A DNA stretch of 64,000 bases from Trichoplax adhaerens (taxonomy: Eukaryota; Animalia; Placozoa). The notes under the pieces were generated by a model. That model was not told the DNA's origin and did not search any database. It saw only the letters and a list, made by a program, of their open reading frames with translations. Position 1 is the first letter of the stretch. The number at the start of each line of letters is the position of its first letter. A program made the position numbers and the translations under genes. Positions 39,938 to 52,500 of this stretch are shown one piece after another. The DNA is taken from NCBI RefSeq assembly GCF_000150275.1, contig NW_002060950.1:192679-256678 (forward strand). Reading direction: 5' to 3'.

Positions 39938-42900
39938 ATTAGAGATATCTAATTTCTAATGTTTGCTAGACTTGACGATATTTGAAATAAAATGGAAAAC
40001 AGAAAACTTTTCTATAACTTATGTTTAATTACATGCAACTAGTACAGTCAACGTCAAAATTTGAGCAAGTAGTTATTGTTCTACTTAATGGATAATTATT
40101 GATTTATTAACTTACTTACATGAACGCTAGATACAACTTTAGCGTTGTAATGAACCTGATAAAAGGAATACCAATCACTACAATCTAGCAGGCTTCAGAG
40201 ATGAGATGAATAAAGCACAGTTGTAAAGTAATATGATTTTAATTTACTGGCACCATAACTACTAACTCCAAATAACTTATAACAATTTGACGAATCAGTT
40301 GAGTTATAACTAGATGAATAAGATATAAATTATGATTGCTATACCTCATAACAATCGTGTGGTCAATGCAATTACGGTGCTTATTGATAAATTGATCTCT
40401 AGTGAAATCTTAATTACTAAATGGATTTCTAGTCACACAACGACAAATTTCTTATACTGTAATAACAAACTCTAAAGTAATATTTCAAGATATTTTCTCT
40501 CATCTTGATCATTTTTGTTCCAGTATTAACAGTAAGGTATGCCTATTTTAGGGTTAAGAAGAAAATAGGAAGCGTAATGTCTGGCATTATTAATGTACAT
40601 TTGTAAGGCTATTAGTTTTATGCGAAGTAGACTTGACATTCCTCATATTCGTCTTTCTTCAATAGGAGTAAATTATTAAACGAAATCTCGTAATAGATGG
40701 TTGGAAAACTGATTTCGTCCTATAATAGTTAAAGCTTCCTAGAAAGAATGATGCAGATATCAGCAATTATAAGGTTCGTTTATTGCAATGAACCATATAA
40801 TTAAAATCGTGATTCTTCTAAGCTGTCATTATATACTTTCAAGCAATATTACATTTTTACTCTCGACTTCAAAAGCAGTTACACTGCTTTTAATTAATGC
40901 AATTGAAAGAACAGTCCAAGTTTGCATGTCTTAAAGGCATCGTAAAAAATATTTTATCATAAAATTCAAAACATACATAGGGCAGTGACAACTTTGTTAT
41001 CCTCTACGATATTATTTAAATATATTGCATCAGTACATGCGTTTTTAAGTTTCGGGTAATCAGTTACTATTTAAAGTACAATGGAATCCTATGTATATCA
41101 ACTTACGCTAGAATAACGGTCAGTAACTTAAGACGATGCAAATTATGTCTAGCTATAGTTCTACAAGGTTACAATGTCGCATAATGATTGCAATTTATCG
41201 ATAAAGAATTTCAACACTTTGCAAATTTAACTCATGGTGCAGGAAGTTTTAGATAGATCGATCTATATTACTGAATTGTTTATTTTACTATTCAAAAGAG
41301 CTAAGTTTATTTCTCTTTACATTTCCTAAATCTACACACATATTTTACATTCTGATCTCTCTCATTTGCTAGTACTGTACAAGTGAACATGTACCCTATT
41401 GTAATTGATACTGTTTAAAACATGATATATTATATAGGCGCAATCTATTTAGAACTTCTAGCTAATCTCGTAATGATTATGTAGTATGAAATAGTCTTGC
41501 TGCCTTAAACTCTACCATAAAATGCTGTACTACGACACACATAATTTATATTTGATATATGAGGTTTCTTCATTCTTCATTCTTTTTTAATCTTCGCAAC
41601 TTACTTTTACCTGCATCATGTCTATAACTGTAAATTTTATTTTTATTTTTGAAGGAATTGGTTTCTAATTAGTTGACATGAAATTCGCTATGGTAGTTAT
41701 AAGCCTACAGATTATGACATTCATTATCACTGATTAATTTTCATTTTTTCTTTGAAGAGAAAAATAAATCAAAATATTAAAGCCTTTGCTTCGTTTAATT
41801 GAGTAAAAGTGGATAAAATTCTGCAAGCAGAGAAAGGAAAAAGAAAAATGCGTATAACAGTGCTGGTTAATACTATCTATATTTACTGAACAGCAAAAAT
41901 ACATGATGAAAGGTCGTTTCTAAGCAGCTCATAGAATTGCTATAATAACAGATTGAAATCATTCAAGATTGGAAAGCTTAAGCCATTGGGATCAAACCAT
42001 GTATTTAACCAATAGTACGGCGATAGAAAGATTAAAGTTAGATTATAGCGTTCTTATTCCTTGAATTTATTTAGGGAACTAATGAGTGAAAATGGCACGC
42101 CTAACCGATATTGAAGTTTAATTTTGTTAATTCTAATATGTTTTGCAGTTGAGGCAGTTTCTACGAATTCAAGCATACGAGCATCTCGGTTAGTAGCGTA
42201 GCACACCCTATGGTGTAGAAAGGATTCTCATGCCACATTTACGGAACATGGTGATTAAAATGTATTTTTAAACTTTTTAGCGACTCTTTAAGGAATTTAT
42301 AATTATGTTGCCTCAGATCTATTAATGATTCATGTAGGTAGATTTTAATCAAAAGCACATCAATTTTACGCGTATCTACTAAACCAGGTAATTTACAATA
42401 AATGCACATGCAATCTATCTGCTTGATATTATCATGAAACAGGCATGCATATGTTCTATTAAAGTTTAATGAGCTCGCTAATGTATCATAAAGCTTAAAG
42501 TGTAACAGGAATCACTTATCTGTGTTTGTATCTTGGTGTATATTATACCCGTACGATGATAGACGAGTATGCAATGCTGTACGCTTAAACCGCCAATTTC
42601 GCAGAATTTAGTAACAGTATAATGATGTTTAGCAGAATAAAAAGAAAGAAAACATGTCATATGCTTTTCCAATCTTTATTTTTGAGGTTAGAGATAGATG
42701 TGAAGCTATAGAGAAGATAGTGCACTTTATACCGAGCTAACAAACTACAAATAGTATTTCTTAAAAGCTTCCTCCACTAATTTGTTCATTGATTGACGGT
42801 AGTTTCTGTGTAATCCGTGATCATTTACTACATTATGTGTGTCGCGAATAATCATTAAAATATGTGTATCGTTACAATTATACACTAAGTCCGAACCGTA

Positions 42901-45486
42901 GCGTAATGTCACGTCTGATAATTATAATTATAATAGATAAGTTATAAGTTATAATAAGCATAGATTACGAATTATCAACATGCTATGTTATCAAAATGCT
43001 TGTCTGTTTCGTGTCTAGGAATTTAGAAACTTAAATATCTGTATAGTACGATGCTGCTAAGTTACAAAATGACCCGTTACTATTACAACTAGAATCTTAT
43101 AAAAAGGAAAGTTTTAAGACTTCTTCGGCATTACTTCGCACGAGCATTCAATTACTCCGTTAATGTATGTACAGTGCAACCTCAATAAAGTCAATTAATT
43201 AGTAGCAAAGTGCGAGCTTCATTTTATGAAAAGTATCACTAGTCAACCTCAAGATCCACCTCAGTATGGATAGCATAATGATGTTTGCAATGTTTTCCTT
43301 TCATGTACTTTTAATGCCATGCTTAATTTCAAATGCTCTGCCAACAGCTTGGCTGTTGTAAACTCAATCGTATTTCATTCATAGTGCTTATATGGCCTAT
43401 TCTGCCTTAAGGTAAAACTTAACTTTAGAAGTTAGATGTCGTCATTTGGGCAATATTTCATTAGCATATTCACAACTGGTCGAGTACAGTAGGTATGACT
43501 ATAAGTAAAGTTCACAATACGCGAATAATTCATTTTTAAAGTTGCTGACATCATGGGCAATCTTTGCTGATGCTAAATTACAATTTAATTAAAAGTACTT
43601 AGCTGCTGAAGTAAGTTCGTGAGATTGAATAGTGCCATAAAAAATGTAAACAAGAAATGAAAAAAGAAAATTATAAAAATACTGGAGATCGAATGAAGTG
43701 TGTTTACTGCAGTTTAGAATACTGTAATAAGTTTCGGATATTACTGTATATAAAGCTCAGTATTAATAATAACTGGAACATTGGATTAGCTAATTTTTGT
43801 GCTATATACTGTATAGCTAAAGAATGCATACCCAGAAGCTAATAATATCATAGAATTCTACATTATGCCATAGTCCCTGTCAAATTAGTATTGCAAACAG
43901 TTCTAGCCTAATCCACTTTTAGTTGTGGGCTACCAGATTACGCAATGTCCAGCTGCTATAGGAATATGGTTATTTGCCGGATAGTGTTTAATTAGGATCT
44001 GACACAATTGCCTTTTACACGGTCATATACAAGTCCAATCTAATCAAGGATATGCATACGGTAGTACTGTATCAAGCAGCTAGAAGTAATGCAATCATGC
44101 CCATGCTGTACATCCAGTCAATATCTTTCATGCTTTCCGAGCGATAATTTCTTGAGTAATCTAATGTATATTCGTAGGTGTATATTTGGATATTTGTTAA
44201 TTTTTCTGTTTGAAGTTTATTTGAAGTACCTAACCCCAATATAGCACTACTCTTCTTTGTGAAGCTTGAATTATTGAAAGTATAAATGTTTCTACTAACA
44301 GTATTCCAATATTGAAGTAGCATGGTCGGTATAAAATCGACATTGGCGCCGATTTTAACACTAATTCAAATCACTTTGAATCGCAAATATTTCGATTAAA
44401 AGGAGCCGTTGCCAGCTTTACATTAGAAAAATATGCCTAGCCAACACTATTAAAGGCTCAAAATTTTAGAAAGAGTAAGAAATTACAAGAAAACACTCGA
44501 ATAATAACACGAAACTATACAAGCACTGCCCCAGTTAGCCTCCAAGAAAAAGACAGTGTGAAGCAACTGTAGTTTTAAAAGTCACTCTGAAATTAATCTA
44601 AGCTTCACTAGAAGTACAGTCAGTTCAGTATAATTTGAATCTTGCATGGGGAGCAATACTATTATAAATGCCTACATCAAAGTCACGAAATTACAAATTA
44701 TTAAAATATTTAAATAATTTTTTGTACACGTACAGTATATGGAAAAATTGACATTTGGCGAGAATTATAGATGTCAGGGTGCAACGCGAAAATCGCGGTA
44801 CCAGTGCTCCCTATACATCCCATTCTGGACAAATCTCGCTTGGATGGACGGACATTGTCATGTGTTTCTTGTGGTCAAAGTCATGGCCTACCAAGACCAA
44901 TAGTGGAGTAGACATGTCGGACTGGTTGAACCGACCGAACCTTTACTAGTAGCTGATGATTTGTATTTGAAATTGCAAATCAACATCAATAGAAGAAAAC
45001 GCTTTTCTTTTAGTGGTCCGTGGCAGTATGTATCAAATGCGTGTTATTTTATACATATACATATGTAAATACATGGGAGTCGTATCATATTGATGTTGAT
45101 ACAGTACTTTAGAATAGTGTAGATTCGTATTTTTATACATGATATTGATCCGAAATTGTAAAAGAGAACAAAATAACTGCAGAAAAAATTTACCCCCAAA
45201 ATATCAAGGCTCAAGGGTGTAAGAAACTACTCGTATTTACGAGGAATTTTAGCCAAATTTACAGTAAATCCCTTGAAAACTTAACGAGCTAATTCAAGGC
45301 ACTACGTGAGACTTGCCATTTGTTGGAATCTATTGGAGCACACAATACAGTACCCCATAACACCTAAACTACACTAGCATAGAGTACTAAATTGGTAACT
45401 TAATGATGGATGAAAGGAGAGCAACTATTCCGGCCTCTTATCATGCAAGCGTATTGAAGGTATCGGGCATGCGCACTTTCACTGAG

Positions 45487-45552
45487 GTACTACAGTACAT
45501 TGTACAGTACACTACTGTACTGTACAATGTACTGTACAGTTACTGTGTACTG
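45487..45552. promoter_or_regulatory. TACTG/CAGTA array upstream of FAM204A
   Basis: gtactacagtacattgtacagtacactactgtactgtacaatgtactgtacagttactgtgtactg, ~790 nt before the ATG at 46340. Confidence 0.55.
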
Positions 45553-46339
45553 CCAGGCAGTGCCAGCTAATTTTTTCCCTTTTTTTCTGCTTTCCTACTT
45601 TTTCCTCAAGTTGGCCCCAAACTCAATCCTCCTCAGGTGTAAAAAGAAGGGTACACTATTAAGCTGGGGAATACTGGGAAAAGGATAAGAATTAGCAGAT
45701 AATATTCCCTGTAATCTGACAGCCAATTTAGGAAAACACTGGTGGAGAGGATTGTGTACCGTTGCAAATATCCGGTACAATTAAAATGACCAGTGTAATA
45801 GTCAATGCCCATAGTTTCAGTAAGGTGAACGAGCATTTCCGGTCCCTCCCATTTTAGTAGACGATTTCTAGTCCCTAGTTGAATACTAGCAATAAACTAA
45901 AAGTTACTGTATCTCATCGTAATGAATCATTCACTTACAGAGTTTTACGATTAATACCCTCGGTAGATTGTTCAGTATCATAAGTCCAAGCCAGTTTTTA
46001 CTACTTAATGTTTACTGTACTACCGCTGACCGTACCGAGGAGAAATCAATCACTGTCTCATCCGACCAATGTCGATCGATATCATTAGGATAGAGATCTT
46101 TGTAAAGCAAAAATGGTCTGCAATTAATCCTACTCTATTCTATACAACTCTTACTTTCAATTCTAGTTTATAAAGCAAAGACTGAAATACGTTCGTAGAT
46201 AGGCGCTAAGTTGCCGATGTTTCTGATTGTACAAATACCAGTAAACGACTATACGTGTGATTATTACTGTAGTAGACATTATCCAGTGTGATACAAATTC
46301 AACGACTTAACTTTTGCTTAAACTCAATATTATTACGGA

Positions 46340-49005
46340 ATGTATTCTTCGGTTCCACCTCCAACCCACAGTAATAATTGTAAATCAGATAATCCATCTG
46401 TCGAGGAAGTGACGAATAGAACGGATCGGGATTTATTGAAAAATGTGCCAGAACGTATACAACTGGTAAATAATTACTGCATTAGGATTGATTTTAAATT
46501 CGATTCATAATTTAAAATGTACTGATAAATGGTTAGCCCTTATGATATTTTACATCACAAAGCGCCCTTACTTTACTCTAGAGTTACCTGTAATCGATTA
46601 TTGTAATGCTAGTCGAGCAGACTAACCGTCTAGAAATAATAAGAGAGTGATATCACAACTATTACTATCAACAGTTCAGCTGTTGTAGAAGTATTCACCC
46701 TGTATACCACAGTAAATGGAATACGCTGATATCTTCATTTGAATAAGTCTTTAACTTAAATCGTCGATGTTCAGTTCTGTAATCAGTATGACAATAACAG
46801 GGCAGTAACATAGCATTCATTGAATGATGTTATTCTAAACATGGCGGCTGAACCAAAAAAATTTCGTAATGTAGTAGGATATCAATCAATCAATTGATAT
46901 TCGATTTTAACATCATTAGAAATTTGCCCAATTACAACAACGCAGGAAAGATTGGAAAAATGATAAAGGAGATCAAAGAAGGACGGATAAATTGAAAAAG
47001 AAGATTACAAGAGATGGTTCGTTACCCTATAATAACGTTGCTTGTTTAATGAACTTCATTGCACAATTGACGAATGACTATCACAGTAGATTTTATCTAC
47101 ATACTGTGGTTGTTAACAAAGCTGCCAATATAATCAATTGTAAACTAGGAATAGTATCCTTCGCTGCATTTTCGTTGAAATTGTATTTAAAATCCAGTCA
47201 TTACGTAACTTTACTGATGACTTATTTACACTGCCAAACATAGTGAAGAGCTCTCTTTTTCAATTAAAATTACATTCCACTCTGTTATTACCTGCGCCGT
47301 ACCGTACAGGTGTACAGATGACATTCTTTTGCTTGGATTAACCTTAAGGATAAATTCTTAAGGTTAATATCTAATGAAAGACGTTTAAATTGATTGACTA
47401 GTTGTTAATCAGCTACAAAATAATGACGTTGACGTGAATACACTGAAAGATGTTGGAGTCACAATACCTGCTGCAATTTGTAAGCGAAATAAGAAGACAG
47501 TTCAATCAAATGAAAGTCACCAGTGAGTTCAAGAAACTGCATATTTTTATCATACTTATATACTGTAAAGATCGTTCCAATGATGTACTGTAAATGACAT
47601 TAACCTAAATATTTACCTAAATGTAGTCCATGTATCTATGTATAGTCAATGATTCACATGTAACTTGAAACGAAAATACTGGAATGCATACATATTTTTA
47701 CATCAGTTATCGTAAATGCTATTTATGAATAGATATAAATTGTTTTACGGTACTTTTTTAGACCGATTAAAAATGATGCTATTAAATGGCAACAAATTAA
47801 AGAGCGATTAAAGGCTGAAAATCCTTACATTGAAGAGAACGCAGATCGACAATACAAAGCTAAGGTGGGTAGAGATGTTTCTGATATTTTTAGGACGCGA
47901 TCATCTAAAATGGAACGTGTTTACGTGCATGAAAGACGATAAAAGGCGTAAACTTACTTTTCAATAGGCTAAATGAAAACTATGATGATGTATAGATGAA
48001 GTATTGAAGTAGGTTACTGTTGTTGAAGTTTATTATCTAACCGTGCTGTCATCAGTCTTGAAGGCCAATCACATTTATCATAGTCTTAGCATACTAGTTA
48101 CTAGGAAAAATTATAAAGAGACTATCTATGATTGCGGCACTTCCGTAAGTAGATTTACTGTTAGTAATAGTTTTTGAGAGGATACAATATCACGAGTATT
48201 CTTTTAATTTACTCACCTTGAAAGTAACTTACTGAATTTTACCTTTTTCCTCCATCTTCAGACGAAAATAGAAACTGATATCGACGAAGCAATAGAAGCT
48301 GGTGATTACGATAGAGCAGAAAACCTAAGCAGTCAAATATCAAACCTACAAGTATGTTGAATGCAAACCCAGTGAAACAGCTAAGCTTTATATCAAGCAG
48401 CGACGTAGATTGTAATCTCTCACAGATTGATAGGATTAACTTATCTTCAAGTACTCTTTTACTCTTCGGGATTTGTAATCCTTCGAGGCATGATAATCAC
48501 TAGGCTATAAAATTTTTTTCTAAGGTGTTTTTATCGATAAAAGTATTGCTCATTAACAACGAGTTTTTTGTATACTGCTAGTTTGCTACAGAAATTACCA
48601 ACGCTATTAGACGTTTAAAGTATGAAACTTCTCTACAGGTAAGAGCGTGGTAATTGAAGCTTATAGCTTTATGCGCTTTCATATCGCTAGTTGACCTTTT
48701 CCCTCAACTCATGACAAAAAATAACTGTTAATGCTGATTTTATACTTTATTTCAATCACAAATTACGCCTATACTTACAATGTTAACGCATGTTAACTCT
48801 GTTATATAGAACATTCCGACAGAAAAAAAACGCAAGAGGCGGAATCTTTATTGGACGTAAGAACTATCCTTGCGATAAAATGATTACATACTTTCATTTA
48901 TCGTTAATGTTTAATTGTGACTCAATATTGAAGTCGTCATAAATATCATATATTGCTTAAAGGTTCGAATCGAAACAGAGATGGGAGACAAAAGGAAATA
49001 TGTGA
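46340..49005 (+). CDS. FAM204A: FAM204A, 8 coding exons
   Basis: MYSSVPPP start; KFAQLQQRR; TKIETDIDEAIEAGDYDRAENLSSQISNLQFATEITNAI; diagnostic C-terminus KKRKRRNLYWTFESKQRWETKGNM*. All introns GT-AG and in frame. Confidence 0.9.
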
Positions 49006-49507
49006 AGCAAAGCAGTTCAGTATATCCGATTGCGAGGCTGAAATTTACATCATGTTATTTGAGGATATAGTGATCTTATTTCTTTTGCCCATTATTATTC
49101 TTTATTGGTTCGCTCCCGTACTGTTGACAATGTAACTATGAAAGTTGCTTCAATTGTATTCAGGTATGGACTACTAGAATAAAACCTTGATTTTTTTCTA
49201 GTAGTCCATGATTCAGGATCGTACTGTAAATAACTAAGCGGTAAAAGCATTTCTTACACTTTGTATTGTGTATAACTTTCTTTGTATAACTTTAGAGAGC
49301 CCTTGAGTTAAGTTATTTATGGTGTAATGTAATCTAGTCTTTAAAAATAAATGTTACTTTATAATTTGCGCACTTGATGTTCTCTATTTGTGAATCGTAT
49401 GTGAAAGTGGTCACCCTTCCAATGTACAGATTACTAAAATACCAATATCATCCAGAAAGGAATGGTTAGAAATCGGAATGACGTTGAGTTTCAGACAGCT
49501 TCTCACA

Positions 49508-52500
49508 TTACGCTGAAGTAGTTGGACGGACATCGGTGGTTTTTACCCTAATCAGAGTACCGTTTAATTAGTCATCAAAAATGTAGTCTGAAGATGAACT
49601 AATTAGATTTAATAAACATAATGACGATTACAAATTCTTACTCTTTATTGAACTTGACAGATGACATGGTCATAAAATTATCTGCATCTAGTTGACGGTC
49701 ATTTATCTTGCTATCAAGGGTCGATGTAGTTGCTAATTTAGTAGAAATAAAGATGCTGCTGGTGAGATTATAGTCCACAATGAAATTGCTGCTATGCTAA
49801 CGGATAATTTTTCAAACAAAACATTGCAGTTATTCAATGCACTGTATACGATTGGTTAACCAGTAGTATCAAACTTTGCCATGATAGACCGCTTAATATT
49901 CGATATCATGACCAGAGTAGCTAGAATTATCTGTACAATTAGAGGTTACTACTTTTTCTATAGGCGGTTCGAATTCCAACTCAATAATAAATTAGAGCTT
50001 AGAGCACTTACTTAACCGTTAATACCATTCATTACTATAATCACTGCAATAATCATTCCTACGAAGTGCAGTATATAGTATGATATCTTGCGTCTGTATA
50101 GACAGCAATACTACGCTACATCTTCCTATCAGTTATTACTACAAAACTATAAAGAAATATTAAGATAGAAAATACTTTTGCTTATTAGCCTTACGTCGAT
50201 ATGTTGAGGTATCCAATAAACCCTGGCCGACTTTTAGCGCTACAGTTTCTCTTATAACAGGAGCTAATTGTAGCAGTTCTAAATAGCTACAGATCTCTGT
50301 GAAAAATGGTTAAAGATTTGATCGAGCTCAATCATTTCCTGTAACACATTAGATTAAGTGCAAAATGTGGTCAAAAAATTAGTTAAAACCGTAAATGCAA
50401 CATTTTTAAAGGCCATGCTAATTTAATAATTTCATTATTTTCCAATATAATGAAAGTTTTATGAGGATACGTGCACATCGTGGAATAGGAACAGCATTAT
50501 AAGGTTCTTGACAAAATGCTGCCGATTCGGCATATAGCCATCTTAGTAGTCTATCTGATACCAAAGGACAGATATTTTCCATTGCTTCAATAAATTCATC
50601 GATCGTTAAACAACTTGGTATAGTTGCAGATACTTTAATCAATTTGCTCTCATTCTGTAAATAAATTATAAATTATAACGAAACTCAATCGCCAATACTA
50701 ATCAGCCAGGCATGAAATAAAAGCGCTAAGTAATAATAAACCTCTAAGATACGAGGTTCTTTGCACTTCAAAATTGCATAAAGGAAAAATTCACAAACGA
50801 TGTGTTTATTGGCTCTATTTTCGCTAAATGAGATATAGTCAATAATGAATTGATCCAAATCGTCTTCCTGCAAATAAGATAAATAAAAATATTACTTGGT
50901 TTGCATTGGAATTTGACAAGGTACTGTAAGACTGAACAATAATCTTCTCAAGAGATGATGCCACTTTCGAGCACAATATCTCCAATTTAGTGATAACTGG
51001 CTTCATTCTATTTGTATTAGAAGTACAATAAAAAATATTCCGATTTGCAGCAAATACCCACATCTAAATGGCAAAGGTACAAGTCTTAATTGACTAACTA
51101 CGACAAATATCACTATCTACTCGTATATTGTACTGATTTTAATCTGCAAAAATGAAATGGTACCTGCCAAAATTAGATACAGTATGCAATGTCGTCAGCG
51201 TTATCATGACTTTGTTAAAAGTATTAAATTTAAAATTAGTGATCAACACGGTAATCTCCAAGTCACTAGTGACTTTTCTTCCAATACTTTCACTTAATTA
51301 ACCAATGCTATTCGTTAGTAGTGATATATTACTACCGTGAAAGTTTCTATGGAATTCATAATTGAATTCCTGTGTTAAAGGGAAAGGTTGAAGATGTGAG
51401 GGTATGCATGTATACACGCTCTTACACTATAATTTTGAGACAATGATAGTGGAATTTCTGCTTACCGTGAGAAATGGATAAATTATCTTTGCAAATTCCT
51501 TAAAATCTGCTGCTTGTTGCCAATTTACTCTATCAATGAAATCATTATTTAATAAGATATATCTGAAGCAGACAGGATCTAAGCCACCTCCTAGTTCTTG
51601 TACGAACAGTTGCAAAGTCTACCATGGAATTCAGAGAAGAAAAAGCAGCGTAGAGAATAAAAAAAATTTTAGCGTTTTTAAAACATTAATTACCTTGTTA
51701 TAGTTACACTGGGAACATTAAGTACATTAACTTATCGGTATAATCAATCTCTAGCTATAGCGCATAATATCAGTTTTGAATCTTAGGATAATCTTTTACC
51801 GTCTAGAACGGATAAGAAGCATTTTATTTTTAAATTTTACCTTATTAGTCGGAGCGTAAGTTTCTAGACCTAGTATGAAATCATGCATGGAAAGGTAAAC
51901 AACATCCCAGACAAGGTAGCGATCATAGAAAAACTGATACAACGAGTCCTATCATCACAATTAGAAATAAAAAGTGAGTACAATGTATGTTGCCATGATT
52001 GTAAATAACTTCTGCTTGAATATTAAACAGTTCTATTAAGATTTTAACCGAACATTAGGATTTAGGAAATTGAATATGATTGATAAAAGAAGTTTGCAAA
52101 CAAATTTTCAAAGGTATAGCTCCAGTAATGATCACTTGGGAGTTTATGCTTCATGATTTAATATCCCATTTACCGAAATGGTGCATGGATGAACATCCTC
52201 TGTATGAAATTCATCTCGATAAACGATATATGAATAGAATTGCTTGACTAGCGATAATACACGTTCCTGTTTAAGAAATTATTTCATCGTAATGATTTAA
52301 AGTTAGCTCCGTATCGGATGTGATAGGATAATTTATTATTATAATATCCGTAAACATGTAAAATGAAAAGTTGTAAAACGTTTATCAATCTTACCTCGTT
52401 AATTGGGCGAGAGATTTCGCGTGATAAAGTCGAACGTATATTGAAATCTTGCCAAATAAAATCATAAGCTGCTTTCTATTAAGGTGCAATACAACCATTC

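Noticed and set aside
38199-44323. Scattered 60-85 aa ORFs in the gene-free interval
   Set aside because: AT-rich composition, no recognisable motifs and no consistent exon chain.
49934-50470. GT-AC intron hypothesis in the coiled-coil gene
   Set aside because: Resolved by an intervening in-frame exon (~50296-50195) and the ttctag acceptor at ~49921.
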